Shown: positions 26,919-41,061 of the stretch, piece by piece | Numbering within the stretch: the first letter of the stretch is position 1 | How the letters are laid out: each line of letters opens with the position of its first letter | Assembly (NCBI GenBank): GCA_036785375.1 | Contig: JAWMAR010000283.1 | Span: 62,001-126,000, forward strand | Origin: Leucoraja ocellata | Lineage: Eukaryota | Length of the DNA stretch: 64,000 bases | Reading direction: 5' to 3' | The notes under the pieces: model-generated | The model's database searches: none | What the model saw: the letters and a program-made list of their open reading frames with translations, nothing else | What the model was told of the DNA's origin: nothing | Program-made: the position numbers and the translations under genes

Positions 26919-28205
26919 CACAAAACTGCACAAAAAAACCTATAAAGAAAACCCCATAATACCAAGTGGAATACGAATTTGGAAACAAATAAAAAAAGAT
27001 TTAAAATTGAATAATATACCACTATGCCTTCCCATTGTAAATAATCCTTTATTCAAATCATCCTTTATGGACAAAGGATTCACCCAATGGAAAAATTATG
27101 GAATCAATAATATAGGACATCTTTATGGGAAAGGCACTTTTCTTTCATTTCAAGAGTTACAACAGAATTATGGACTGCACTTAAATAATTTCTTCAGATA
27201 TCTACAATTTAGAGATTATGTTGAGTATGAGGGAATCAGAAATTCTTGATGAATGTTTGAACAAGCATCCTAATACTGAAAAACTAATAGCTTATATTTA
27301 TAACACCCTACTAAACAACGAGGTACCACGGACCGAACCATATAGATACAAATGGGAAAATGAAATAGGTCACCCTATAACGAAAGATATGTGGGACGAA
27401 AGTTTACAACAAATACATCAATGTTCATTAAATGCCAGACATACTTTAATACAATTCAAGGTCTTACATAGACTACACTACTATAAAATTAAACTAAATA
27501 GAATCTTCCCACAAATCTCTCCTATTTGTGATAAATGTCTACATCTAGAGGCTAATTTAACACATACGTTTACAAACTGTATAAAACTTAAACATTTCTG
27601 GACTGATATTTTTGAAATAATTTCAGAAGTTATTAATACAAAACTGGACACTCACAACAAACCAAAGAAATTCCCTCGACTACAGTATAATAATCGGGAA
27701 AAAATTAATATTAAAATTTTGGAAAGGCCCTACAACCCCCACAATTAAAATGTGGATTACAGAAATGTCGGAGACCCTATACTTAGAAAGAATTACTTGT
27801 CTTAATGGACAAACAAGATCTTTTCGATAAAATCTGGGCTCCATTCATTAACTATCTGAAGGGATAGATTGGCACAGCACGAGGACCCAACTGAAACTTG
27901 AACTCAGGATCAGATGAAAAGCTATACTTTATAATCCACGAACCTATCTCCATTGACGTATTACAGGTAATCCATTCCACCTCCTTTGTTTTTCTGTTTT
28001 TTTTTAATTTTTTATTTGTAACTTTCTACCCTCTCTTTCTCTCTTTTTCTATAAAAAAATAAAAACACTAGAAGCAGAAGTAATTGATAATTGAAAATTT
28101 TAATAATGTATGACTGATGTATATGAAAAGTCTTTTTACTATAATATGTAACTATACTTTATAATATGTCTACTAATAACAATATTTAAAAAAAAATAAA
28201 TAAAA
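26919..28205 (+). mobile_element. 5'-truncated L1-clade LINE (ORF2 C-terminus with zinc knuckle, 3' UTR and polyA)
   Basis: FQELQQNYGL..NFFRYLQ and LIQFKVLHRLHY...CDKC...HTFTNC..LKHFW motifs. A-rich tail at 28187-28205. 12-bp TSD AGT(A/G)TAAGACGC at 26907-26918 and 28206-28217. Confidence 0.92.
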
Positions 28206-28217
28206 AGTGTAAGACGC

Positions 28218-28613
28218 TGACGATGTTGGAAACTTGAGCAAAAAATCAAAGTGCTGGAGGAATTCGGCAGGCGGAGCAGCATCTCTAGGTTGGGGGGTGA
28301 TGGGGGGGAATTGTCGATGTTTCGGGTCATAAGAGCAGAATTAGGCCATTCGGCCCATTGAGTCTACTCTGTCATTCTATCCCCCTCAACCCCACTCGCC
28401 TGCCTTCCTGTAACCCTTGACACCCTTACTAATCAGGAATCTGTCAATCTCCGCCTTAAAATATCCAATGCCATGGCCTCCACAACGGTTTGTGGCAATG
28501 AGTTCTACAGATTCACCACCCTCTGAATAAAGAAATTCCTCCTTATCTCCTTTTTGAAGGTGAGTCCTTTTATTCTGAAGCTATTCCCTCTGGTCCTAGA
28601 CTCTCCCACTGGT
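28218..28613 (-). mobile_element. Penelope-like terminal fragment (28218-28328) abutting a CR1 3' fragment (28328-28613)
   Basis: CAAAGTGCTGGAGGAATTCGGCAGG...GTTTCGGGTC is homologous to the reverse complement of 52480-52580. It is followed by AGAATTAGGCCATTCGGCCC...ATTCACCACCCTCTG, CR1 tail sequence. Confidence 0.7.
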
Positions 28614-31600
28614 GCATTAGGTCTACTCATATATTTCTTAGTCAATTTCCAAGGATCCTAAACCCTTTAATATATCCTCTTTCACTACGTTTTGCATGGG
28701 TTGATACCACAATCCCAGTTCAGCAATATCAGCATCGTTCCTTTTTCTGAACAAGATCACCAACTATTCATGAAGAACATCTGCTTCCACACACAGTTTT
28801 TGATTTGCATCCTTATCAATGTTTTATGATGTACATAAAAGATCTTTAATTTTTTTTTATTTTACTGGGTAATGGTATTTAACATTTCATATTTTCTCTT
28901 TGCTCTCTAAGCTTTCTCTAGTATTAGACTCACCTTCAGCCTTTGAGAATGAGTAGGAAGGAGCAGTAATGATGGCCTGGCCCAGGTTCACCAGGGATAT
29001 ATGAATAGAACAGATATAATGACTATCTGATGTATGGAAACACAGGAGGTGGTTATATTTTGTAATAAAATATTACAAAGAGTTTTGATGAAGTGCATCG
29101 GAAATGTTTATTTCCACTAGTTATGGGTCATCAATTTAGAGTCACTGTGAGAGTGACGTGAAAACCTAGAATACATTTCTTTACCTAAAAAAATTGTCAT
29201 TAAGAGTGAAAAGGTAGAGAAAGTAAAGACGAAAGCAATTGACAGTCAGGGGTTTGAGGAGGGGTAAGTGAGTTATGGATAGTGGAGAGCAGGGCAGTGG
29301 AATTATTTTTGACTTGCACTGGTGAAATGCGAGCACCAAAAAAACCAAGCTGAATGACTTCCTTTTCTCACTTTTCTTTCCAGTGAATGTGAACTGCTGT
29401 TTATTTGGATGCCGACAAGCTCAGGCTGTTGCAATTTTGGGCAAGCAATATTGAAAGAAGTACTAAATTGCAGCAATCAGAGATATGTCTTTCCACAATA
29501 CTGACATTAAACCAAAATGATATTTTCTGTTAATTTTAATTCACAACAATTTTTATATGACACACATTAAACTCCAATTGTTTGCACTGTGATGAAACCT
29601 CAATCAGCTTGAAATGTTACTGTGAATACCAAGCAGATTTTGTACACCAAACACTGAATAATGATTGTTCAGATTATAGTTAATAGAATAAATACTTTAA
29701 GTTATGTGGAAGCCTATGATGCATAGTTTTACTCAGCACCAACCACACCCAGACCAAGTAAACAACTTGCCACCATTGAGTCAAATATAGTCAGCTAAAA
29801 TTTATTCAGCAATGAGTGTACAAAAAGTTTTTTATCATTAACCATTTTTTAATTGAAATCAATAGTTTAAAAATTCAAATTTTTAACACAAACAAAAAAT
29901 GCAATTGAAGCCCAAAATTCTAAACTAAAATATGGACAGTGTTGCACTCTACATGGCAATGCAGTCATTATAAGAAATTGGCTTGCATGTTCGTCATGAT
30001 TCAATACCTGAGGCAAGATATGGACAGCCAACAGTATTACTGAAAATATGATATGGTAAGAAAACTACTGTAGTTAGCCTTGGATGAAATGGACGGCGAT
30101 TATTCTGGTGCAGTTGTGGCAACACTGATTAGGACCGCTGTACTAAGTTACAGAATTGTACTGAGAAAAATGTTCAATATGAATCGCAAGTCACAAAGTG
30201 TAATTATTCTTTCAATACTTAACTATTTATTGCTATTTATACAAAAAGTTAACATTAAAATGTGTGGTTCTCATTTGCATTTCAGGTGTATTTTTGCTAA
30301 GATCGTGAGTTTGTACAAAATTAATCTAAAAGGGATTTATCTGGAATATCTGTGCCACTGAAATGCAAATTATTTGAGATAGAGGTTAATTATTCGTTCT
30401 TGAGCAAAATCATGAGAGAGATGAAATGAAGAATTGATGCAGCAAAACATTTTGTACATTGAGTGATATTTCAAACCGAAATAGTGATCTCATAGTTCAC
30501 ATGCAATTTTTAAATGCTTAAGTTTAAATAGTCTTATATTTGACTGACAAAATCGTCTAGGACGTAAATCAAACAATCATTTCCAAAGAAGGCGTGTTCA
30601 AAAGTATTGTTTGGACATCAAACTATTTTAAAATGTGCTGCTGAAAATAAACTTTTAAACTGTTTGAGACTTGTTACGCAACTTTTTGAATTGCATTTTG
30701 GATTTTGATTACTTTTATTAGACTAAGATGTATTAAAAATGTTGCTCTGACATGGCATTATTTGGCATTTTTCTTTAATACTCAAATTTAAATTATCACT
30801 AATTTGACTATTAGCGATTTTGTACAGGCAGAATTATTCTTCTCGTGTGGTAGATTGTGTCTAATGTGGCCAGCATTTATACGCACATGGTTCAATTGCT
30901 CTAAGCAGACGGCCCTTGAGATGGGTAACAATTACTATTGGACACATCATTAGGATGCTAATTCATGTTTACTTATTTGTATTTGGTTAATCTGTAGTAA
31001 ATAATCACGGATACATGTTTTATTCAAAATGTTATACCTGACATGCTTACTTTAAAACTTTCAAAGATGTAGTTATTGATTATTATTAATTGATACTTGA
31101 CCCCTGACTTGCAAAATACTTAGATCATTAGTTGATCATTCCAGCAATTATTTATAATCATGTTTCTTTGATATAAGCAGAACTGACTGGAACAATTTAT
31201 TTTTTTTATAAATTGCCATGTGTCATTAATTGCACAATTTTTGAAGAATTTCCATTGCATGAATAGATATTTTCGCTTCAGATTTGCTGTGTTATGCATT
31301 TTGCATTTGTTCAGTGCTGTATTTTTGCACTGGAAATTTTACACAATACTGGAAGCCGGCTAGAAGTGTGAAGATTTCAACAGTTACATAGCATTTCTGT
31401 CTGATGACCTCTGATTAGCAAGGATGTTTTACTAATTTGACCGTTTGTAGTTGAGCATCAGAGAAAGAATTCACCAACTTGTTTGGTTGCTCATTGGTAA
31501 AACAACTCTGATTCCGAAGTACAGACCAAGTGGTGACATGTTCTGATTGATAGTGATTGCATCTTTATGAACTCTTGCTGAAGGTCCTAACTTCCTGATG

Positions 31601-33381
31601 GGTCAACTATTCCACAGGGCTACTTCCTGAGATTGCCTGGTGGGCTCAGCATATCCATTTAAAGGCTATGTCACAGTTCCGAGATTTAGAACATGTTTTT
31701 TAACCACCACTCTAGTCAGTTGGTCTTATGTACAGTAACATAAGTTGTTAGTTGAGTACAACACTAAGATGGATTGAAAATATTGAAATATTTTAATTTT
31801 TATATTTTCAAATATTTTTGTTTATTTTCATGCTTTTGGTCCCAAAATATATTTGTGGAGTGTGCAAAAGGTAAAACCCTTTCAATTTGGCAATAAGTCA
31901 TGTCTCAGTACAGTTTCTTGCTGAAGTTCAAAGTAAATATGCAACCCATTAACTTTTATGTTATTTTCTTACTTCCCCCTTCACAATGAAGCTGCAACAT
32001 TGTCGTACTAGTTTACTGTCTTCACAGAAATCCTTTGGTTATAATTGTGCCTTTTGGCACACTTTCCCAATAGTTGGGAAGTCACAGCCAGTCAGGCAGA
32101 TTATTGTATCCTCGTGCAAGGAGCACAGAGAGACTTCATTTTCTTGGAATACTAGATGTGTTTGAGAGGGGAGAAAAAAATGTTTCCAGGAAATTCAGTG
32201 TTGACGAACATGCTATAGCACTACAAAAGGAAAATTCCAACGTTGCAAAATGACCAGGAAACTATCCAAATGGCAATATGACTTCAAAATAACACTGCTG
32301 GACCTATTATATTGGCCACTGTTACCTTGCAGAGGATGAAACATTGGTGAGATTTAAATGTTTGTTGATTTTGGCAGAAATAGCTGAGGTTTTGAGTGTA
32401 CTCTTTAATTACCCATTTTCATGGAAGATGTGAGGCACTTAATCTAACTCATCAGATTTAGTAGCTGACAATAACGTTGATTAGTCTGAAACACCAAATG
32501 GTGGAGTTGTACCATCTAGCATTCAAATTCTTGTCCCAGATAAGACCCTTGATTTTATTTTAAAGACAAGAGATAAAAGAGATGTATATCCTATTGCTTT
32601 AAGTCCATAAATACAACCTCTGCTTTGCAGATTACAGTCAGACCTGGCATGATATTATTGAATTTAAAAGCAGGCTCGAGGGGTTGGGTGACCTACTCCT
32701 GGTCCTAATCTGTACGTTCTTGTATCAACTGCCCAGATTGTAATCGCAGGTCCACAATCCTGCCAACTAGGAATCCTTTGTCTACTTGTCAGGAATCTAA
32801 CTGCCTTAAAAATATCTAAAGACTTCACTTCTGCCACTCTTCAAGATATGAATTTAAAAACTCTGCCCTAAGAGAAAAAATCCAGGACAATGACTCCTGA
32901 TTCTGGATTCTCCCTCAAAAAGAAATATCCTCTCCACATCCACCCTATCAAGGTCATTCAAGATATGCTGTAAAAAATGTCATTTTCATTCTTCTAAACC
33001 CCAGTGGACACGAGCCTAACCTGTTCTATATTCTTCATATGGCATCTTGCCCATTTTGGTTATCCATGGTCAACTTTCTCACAATGACTTTTTCTGTTTC
33101 TTATTAGCCAATCGTCTATTTATGCTGAGAAGTTGCCAAATAAATCATGAGCTTTTATTTTCTGCAGTAACATTTGATGCAGCCCCTTATCAATACCTCT
33201 TGGAAATCTCAGCACAGTACATGCTTTGTCATAGGACAGCAACTTGCATATGTATATTTTCACTTTGGCGAAGCTTTCACCTTCAACGTGTGGAAAATGT
33301 AAATAAAGCAGCCAGGGAAGTGCAATTAATACAGCCAGACTTTCTGAATGGAATTTAACATCTTTTACATCTAATTTTCAG

Positions 33382-33535
33382 ATTTGGACCCGGATTAGTG
33401 ATCTACTGGTGCGGATTTATTAAGGAGTTGGACTGTCATCGTGAACGTGGAATATTATTAAAAGATTGCTTCCCTGAAGATATTATAACCTTCCACCATA
33501 CCAGAGCCAGCATTGACAGTGGAAAGAAGAGGTGA
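33382..33535 (+). CDS. CDIN1: Final coding exon of CDAN1-interacting nuclease 1 (C15orf41)
   Basis: Acceptor CTAATTTTCAG|A, then (R)[53 protein letters not shown]. This matches the recalled human C-terminus [38 protein letters not shown], and the tail-to-tail synteny with MEIS2 is as expected. Confidence 0.95.
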
Positions 33536-34039
33536 ATCCGGAAGTAATTTTGCCTTCCTGCAGTGCTAACTACTGGCAACATCTCTCCTGAACTTTAGTT
33601 GAACTCCTGCTGCCCTGGGTCACCATAATACCTCTTTAGAAAAACACATTGTGTTTCTGCTTTACTTCAGCAACACACTTCTGTGAGCAGCCAAGAACTG
33701 CAGACACATACCTCCCATTATCAGCATCCCAGTCCGTGTCAAGACTTTATAGATAGTTTAATCTTTCTACATCCGAACTCTTTCCTCCACAGAGAAGAGA
33801 AAAATTCTGCCGCTGCAAAAATAATTAATTGAAAGCTTTGTGCGAGGCAGACGAATGAAATCGTTTATTTTAAAGGTTTGTTTAATTAATTTTATAAAAG
33901 AAATGTTGCTCCATTTTATCTGTTCCACCGCGGGAGAAAATCTTAACTAGCATATGCTGTTCTGAAAAAGATTGCCAGAAAGACGGAAGAAAGTGTGTGT
34001 TCAAAGCCTCCTTGAAAATAGGCAATATCCCCTCCCACT

Positions 34040-34295
34040 CTTGGTCATCTCTGGTCTATGACCATTCGACATAGAGAAGGTGCACTCAGGATGATATTGA
34101 GGACCTTATGTCCATGTGTCAGGACCTCGAGGAGACCCTAAGTAGGTGGCAGAAGAAATATACCACCTCACAAACTACCTGCATATCCGCCTCCAGACAA
34201 CATTTACCCTATCAGTAGAAGAATCTGCTAACAGCCACCACAGAGCCCACAAAGAGTGAAAGTGTCATCCTCAATCCCAAAGAACTGTGGAAGAA
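34040..34295 (+). mobile_element. Degenerate RTE-clade LINE 3' end within the probable CDIN1 3' UTR
   Basis: CAGCCACCACAGAGCCCACAAAGAGTG...GTCATCCTCAATCCCAAAGAACTG resembles recalled RTE 3' termini; heavily decayed. Confidence 0.45.
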
Positions 34296-35455
34296 CGGGA
34301 AAATTATGATATATTACATAACCTTAAAAAGGTTTAAAATTCTTTATCCTTATTCAAATTGGCTAATTAAAACCTCAGTTAAGATCAATTTTGGTTTCAT
34401 GTATGTCAGTGATAGATGATGAAAATGTGATTTGAATGGGTAATGTAAAAAATGAAGGAATGAAACTGCAAACAAGATACTTTGTGAATTTACCTGTTCA
34501 ACGGCAGGAATGTAACTTAGGTTTTCAATTTGAGCAAACTTTAAACTATCTAAGTGCATGACAATGAATATTTGAAAATCACGTTTTTTACATCAATTTT
34601 AGTTTCCTTATTCATTAAAAGTTTTATTGAGCGATTGTTTGTGATAAGCATGTGCGTGTTAATTATTGATCCTCTATCCATTGGAAAAGCATGATTCCTA
34701 GAATTAAAGATTGCCTGAAGAAAGGTAATTACGATACTGGTCTCTGTGAGTTTGGCAAAATATTCTACTGTGATCCAGAGCAAAACACTTTCCACACTTT
34801 TGACCACAAAACTCAACAAGTGGAAGAAATTGGACACTGTACTTGCTTCATAGTATCAAACATTTACCATGGTAAAACCGCTATAGTGCACTGCTTGTAG
34901 TCATCTAGTTTAAAGAGACTTTGAGATAAACATCAAAAAATGCTCTGTGCTTTCTGATTTTAATTGGCTTTTTGATTTTAATTTATCCTGAAGTTACAAC
35001 CTCTTGACTTTCTTGCCAGCTATTGATTGTAACTGTTCTATTGAACACTATGACTGCTTTTTATAGACAATGTGTTCTGTTAGATCTAAGTATCACATAC
35101 TCGTGAGTTTGCTGTCTGCTATGCCTTTTTGCTGGTCTGTTTTATAAATAGAGCTAAGTGTAAGTCTTGTACACTGTAGTTAATACACTTAAATGTTTGG
35201 TAATAACCCAGACTTGTCCTTTGACAAATTATTACAATTTTATGCGCAAGTGATGTTTATGGAGAAACTGAGAGCTTACTAATGCACAAATGTAAAATTG
35301 CCCAACCTCAGAGAAGTGCATCCTGATTCTTTTGGAAAGACAAGTGTTGTACAATTATAAAAGAGCTCCTCGGAATGCCAGTGAAGTGCCTTTGCTCCAG
35401 AAAGCTGCATTCATATCATGTCAGTGTTTAGAGGATGTGTTGGGACTGCTAATGG

Positions 35456-35764
35456 AATAAAACCAAATGCACTGTTCTGTTTTGCATGGTGTGTTGACTT
35501 ATCCACTCCAGAGAAATATGTAACAGAAACAAAAATGTGTGTCAATTTATTCAATAGATATGATCTTAGTGTGGATATTCCTTCTGAAACTTAGATCCAT
35601 TGCATTGAGGGCTTGTATTAAATCTCCTCCAGCCCGTGACTGCCCATTATAAAGCAATAAAGCTGCAAAAAAGTTGATTCAAATTTGCTACATTTTATCC
35701 TCTGTTTCTGTATAATTGTAACTTGCCTTTTTTTTGCTAAAAATCACTTTTCTTCCACAATAAA
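35456..35764 (+). terminator. Candidate CDIN1 polyadenylation signals
   Basis: AATAAA at 35456-35461, 35656-35661 and 35759-35764; the last two are followed by T/GT-rich sequence. The site actually used is unknown. Confidence 0.4.
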
Positions 35765-37111
35765 TAATTTTAATTTTGCTTGTGAATTTGCCTTGAAAGC
35801 ATTTAACACAAGTGGGTAACAAAAAGGCATCTATTATGTCTTTAAATGTTGGAATACTTCAAGCCTAGAATTCACAAAGATTTAACTCATTCAGGTATAT
35901 TTACAATTTTCAGCTTAAAGCTATGAGGATATGAACTTCAATTAAGAAACTATTCCTAATTCTGTAATCTTTTAAACCATAATTGTAAATTGTAGTGCAT
36001 TATTACAAAACACTTTTTAAGAAAAAAGTTCAGTTTGGTCTCTGCCTTTCCTCTTATTGTTTAAATGTGGCTTCTATATAAACAGCAACTCGGGTCATCT
36101 GTTTCAGCAATTGATCATTAAACCTTACTTAACACTGTAATGAATCATCTCAATTTGTTTACTTTTTCTTAACTTGAGTCTGATTACTCCCATTCCCTTT
36201 TCTTCTGAAGGCCTTGATTATGGTTTCATAGAAGCCAGTGCCTTCCAGTACCAGACCCAAGTGTGTGCTATTCCTCTTTGAGCCTCAACAATCTACTGCA
36301 GTCAATTGTGCCACTGTTCTTGCCAAACCCAATCTTGACCTCACAGCAGGAGGTCGCTAGAATAGTGCCCATCAGTCAATACCAAGACTGATTGGTCTCT
36401 ATCCATTGTTCCTTCCGAATGAGGAATGATCTATCACCAGGTAGTTCTCAGCCTACGCTGCTTATCAAATCTGGTTATAGCACAGAAAAATGCTATACAC
36501 CCAGTGAGTGCCGACACCTTCTAATGCATCCCATTCAATTTTATTTGCAGCTCTTGTGAATATTTCCTGCATTTTTTTTTTCTCAACGGCCTATTCAGTT
36601 CCCTATTGAAAGTCCTGCTTGATTCTCTTCCCAGCATTCCTGTCACAGTGTATTCCTGATCCTATCCCCCCCATGTAAAAAAGTTTTATGTTCCCATTCT
36701 CGTTATCTTATCGTTTCTCTTAATATCCTGAAAACTTTGATTAAATTAGTCCATAATCTTCTACATTTCCAGAGTTGTAACTGTAGTTTGTAGTATCAGT
36801 CCTTGCACTTTAGCCCTTGTCAGCAAGGCAACATTCCTATATGTCTGTATTGCACTCACTCCAGATCTGGTATATCCTTTGTAAGAGTGCTGCTCAAAAC
36901 TGAACCCCATACTCTGGCAGTGGTCTAACCAGAGCTTTATTCAGCTGTAACTTAAAGTGCACCTTCTGGAAATTAAGTTTTAGACTGAAAAATTTAAAGT
37001 CTAGTATTGTGCATGAAGATGCCAGAATTTCATTGGCTATTTTATTTATCGTCAATGCCCGTCGAAGATAGTTTAATGAGTTATGCTTGTAGAACTTGTA
37101 GATTTTAAAAG

Positions 37112-37420
37112 GGTGGAACAGTGGCACAGCAGTAGTGCTGCTGCCGTACAGAGACAGAGACCCAGGTTCGATCCTGACCACGGGTGCTGTCTATACGGAG
37201 TTTGTACGTTTTTCCCGTGACGATGTGGATTTTCTCCAGGTGCTCCGGCTTTTTCCCACACTCCAAAGACGTACCGGTTTGTAGGTTAATTGGCTTTTGT
37301 ACGAATTGTAAATTGTTAGTCTGTAGGATAGTGCTAGCGCACAGGGGTGATTGCTGGTCAGCGGGGGCTCGGTGGGCCGTAGGGCCAATTTCCGCGCTGT
37401 ACCTCTAAACTAAACTAAAT
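37112..37420 (+). mobile_element. V-SINE (HE1-like)
   Basis: A-box-like GTGGCACAGCAG, B-box GGTTCGATCC, V-domain, and (CTAAA)n tail. Confidence 0.92.
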
Positions 37421-40394
37421 TTTCTCTCCACTCATGTTTTTATAAGGGTGACCAAAACATAAGAATATCACAAAATAGGAGCAGAATTAGGCCACTGGGC
37501 CCTTCAAGCCTGCCCTGCCAATCAATGTGTCACGGCTGATCTATGCTGGCCTCAACTCCTGTACGGATACCCATAACCGTCAATTTCCCCATCTTTCCAG
37601 AAATAAATTTAGTACGTCTTTCCAATAAATATGCTTTAACATTCCTAGTGCATGAGCCAAGGTTGCCGTCACCATTAGTTTCAAGCTTCCCTTCACTTCT
37701 GCTTTTCACTATACAGAAAGTACTTTGTTCTGTCTTCTAGGTCCACAAGGTGAATTGCATTACATTTTTCTTCATTGAAATCTATTTGCCAAATTTCTGT
37801 CCCTTCACCTTATCCCTAGCAATTTCAGAGTTCCACATATACTGCTTTAAAACCTACTATTCAAAAAATTAATAGCTATTACCAGTGGTACTAAGATTAA
37901 TGGTTTGAGAACGGTGGCAATAGGCAAAATAATTCAATGTAGTATTGGAAATCTGAAAGCTTGCATATGTTATTAATTAACTTCCCTCAATATCTCACCA
38001 TTATCATTACTCACTCTGGATTGATTTTGTTTTTTTGCGAGGAATATCTGAGTTGTAAAGAGAAGTATATTTTTTCTAAGAACAAAGTCAATATTAGCAT
38101 TTTAACCACCTTCTTAAAAGTGAAGGGTTCTATCTTGGAAAGAATTCATGTTGATTAATTTTAGATTCTATTGAACACCTACAATGTGAAATGAGGCTGA
38201 ATTTGTCGCAAATTGTTTATGCTTAAAGAAGGATGATAGAATTGAATGCAAGTTCATTGGACTGGGTTTTGCTGCCAAAATAACTGGTCAATGTGGATAC
38301 AAAGGACATTTATTATCACATACACCAATTGGTGTAGTGAAATTTGACTTGCCATACAGCACACAAATAAAGATAAGACTCAAAATTAAAGAATTTAACA
38401 ATAAACATAAAAACATCCCCCACAATGGTTCCCACTGTGAGGGAAGGTACAAAGTCCAGTCCCCATCCCCTTGTCCACCCATAATCGGGCCTATTGAGGC
38501 CCCTGCAGTCGGCACTACGGTGGCTATGTGCACACCATTAATGAGTATAGTTTAGTTTATTATTACATCCAGCAAGAAACAGTGAAAAGCTTGTTTTGTG
38601 TTATCCAGTCAAATCATACAGTACATGAGTACAATCATAAGCAAGTAAAAAAAGAGAAACAATTATAGGTAGATCATCTTCTGGAAGACCATGCAAAGAG
38701 TCACCCTGTTCTGGTGCCATCTTGCAACTTTCAAGTGTCTAAAGTTTGGTCAAGGCCTACGGAGATGTGTAATTTCTTATTTTCTCACTTTAAGGCCTGG
38801 TGTCCTGGCAGCACTGGCCCAGCACAACGCTGTTGGTTCCTTTTACCACTGCTCCCTGCAACTGCTGCAGGTTGTGCTCTCTCTACTCGCTGCCCAGCTG
38901 CTGTGGGACGTTCATTGGCCACCTCCACCAACACCACGATCCGCGTATATTGCAAATGCGCTATCCATGGCCTCCAGCAGCCACCTCAATGCTTCCATGC
39001 GCAGAGGTCACCACATCCCACTAATGTTGCTCATACATTCTACAACCTCGCAATCCTTTGTGCCTAAACAAATTTCTCACACTCTGTCCTACATTTAACA
39101 ACAAACCCATGCCTCTCCATCTCTGCCCCTCTCTATCTCTACCAACAGTTGCTCCCAGTCTCCTTTATTATTTGGTTTCTTTTTGCCTATTGCTAAGTTT
39201 CTGCATAATACTTTTTTTAGTCAAAGACACAATATAACAAAGCAAATATCTGCATTTAATATTGAGATCGGGCAGATAAAGAGTTATTCATGAATCTCAT
39301 TTGAATCTGATCACGACTTTTTCAAATTGAAAGGGGGCATCAGTCTTGCACAAATTCTCATTCTCAATCTAAGTACTGGGGTAAGTTGAATGTAATTCTC
39401 ATGTTATTGAGGATTTGGTCGATTTCAGTCCAGTTCTGCTTCAGGAAAAATTGCAGAAAATGTACGCCTGGTGCTTCAGTCTTCTCTCTGATTATTAATC
39501 TCAAGGTAATGGTCTAAGGATTTTAAACATTATAATCAAATGTTTAAATGTAGAAACAAGGAACTAGAAGCTGGTTTTCAAAACAAAGACACGGAGCTGG
39601 AGTAACAACATCCCTGGAGTACATGGACAAGTGACATTTTGGTCGGGACCCTTCTTCAGACAAAATCAAATCTTTGATTCCTCTAATATTTTAACTTCTC
39701 TATCCTTTTGCTTATACAATTTTGGAAGAATTTTGCACATATCAAATTTTAACTTGGAATCCATTATCTTTAGTTTCACCTGTTTCTTTCTCGAATTGTA
39801 TTTGATTTCAACTCTGCACTCATTTGCAAGGTTAATAATTTTCCCACTTTGCTTTTTTTTACTTTGATCCATCAAGGCATATATAGATTAAATATATTTT
39901 GTTGCATTGAATTTTGTAAATATTAGTTCCACATATACCTTGTAATGTTTATGGAGGACATCCATTTATACTCGTTGATTTGATTCTTGAATAATCCTGT
40001 GGTCAGCTCCAATGCTCGTACAATACACCCACCAGGGGTTGTACGATGACAAAAAGGCAGCATATATAGTTAGACTCCAAATTCAAAGTGATCAGTATTG
40101 TGTACAGATTCAGACTTCCAGAATTATCAAGATGCATTTTGTCGTAGTACCTGATACCTACTTGATATATAGCTTGTTAGCGAGATATTAAATTGAAACT
40201 TCATATCTTCAAAGCCAGCTCCATAGAACTATCTGCAGCACCTTATATAATTCAAACCCGATTGTAAAGTTATTTAGGCTATGTAACTCCAGAACAGTTT
40301 ACCGACCTCTAGAAGTAACCAGAAACTATCTCAAGCTGCAATGCATGGTAAATTTCAGCAGGATATTCAAGTATAAGTTTAGGGTGACATTGTT

Positions 40395-40648
40395 TACAGC
40401 ACCAGAGATGATCCAGACTTGGGTGCTGTCTGTACAGAGTTTGTACGTTTTCCCTGTGACTGCGTGGGTTTTCTCCAGGTGCTCCGGTTTCCTCCCACAC
40501 TCCAAGGATGAATAGGTTTGTGGGTTAATTGACTTTGGTAAAATTGTAAATTGTCCCTACTAGTGTGTAAGATTGTGTTAGTGTACAGGGTTATCATGGA
40601 CAGCGCGGATCTGAAGGGCCCGTTTCTACATTGTATCTCTAAAGTCTA
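40395..40648 (+). mobile_element. V-SINE, 5'-degenerate
   Basis: V-domain GGTGCTCCGGTTTCCTCCCACACTCCAA and tail GAAGGGCCCGTTTC..TGTATCTCTAAA. Confidence 0.85.
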
Positions 40649-40727
40649 TAATTGCAGTGGTTTGGATCTTGTGGTTGGATCTCTTTGCTATTCATTCTTA
40701 TTACAGCTGGCCATAATTTTGAGCAGC

Positions 40728-41061
40728 CACCTCGTCTCTGTTCTAAATGGCTTACCCCTTATTCTTAAACTGTAGCCCCTGGTTCTGGACTTCCCCAACA
40801 TCGGGAACATGTTTCCTGCCTCTAGCGTGTCCAAACCCTTAACAATCTTATATGTTTCAATAAGATATCCTCTCATCCTTCCAAACTCCAGAGTGTACAA
40901 GCCCAGCCGCTCCATTCTCTCAGCATATGACAGTCCCGCCATCCCGGGAATTAACCTTGTAAACCTACGCTGCACTCTCTCAGTAGCAAGAATGTCCTTC
41001 CTCAAATTAGGGGACCAGAACTGCACACAATACCCCAGGTGTGCTCTCACTAGGGCTCTGA
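40728..41061 (-). mobile_element. CR1 LINE ORF2 fragment
   Basis: ALVRAHLGYCVQFWSPNLRKDILATERVQRRFTRLIPG...LIETYKIVKG. Confidence 0.9.

Noticed and set aside
1-33381. Penultimate CDIN1 exon (..HWIESKASFG..FWSYWN)
   Set aside because: Not found by eye. Near-matches at about 2650 and 10905 do not translate correctly, so the exon probably lies upstream of the window.
38691-39098. Overlapping 74-135-aa ORFs in a GC-richer patch, possibly a Harbinger Myb-like relic
   Set aside because: No convincing motif could be read on either strand; probably an old unclassified repeat.
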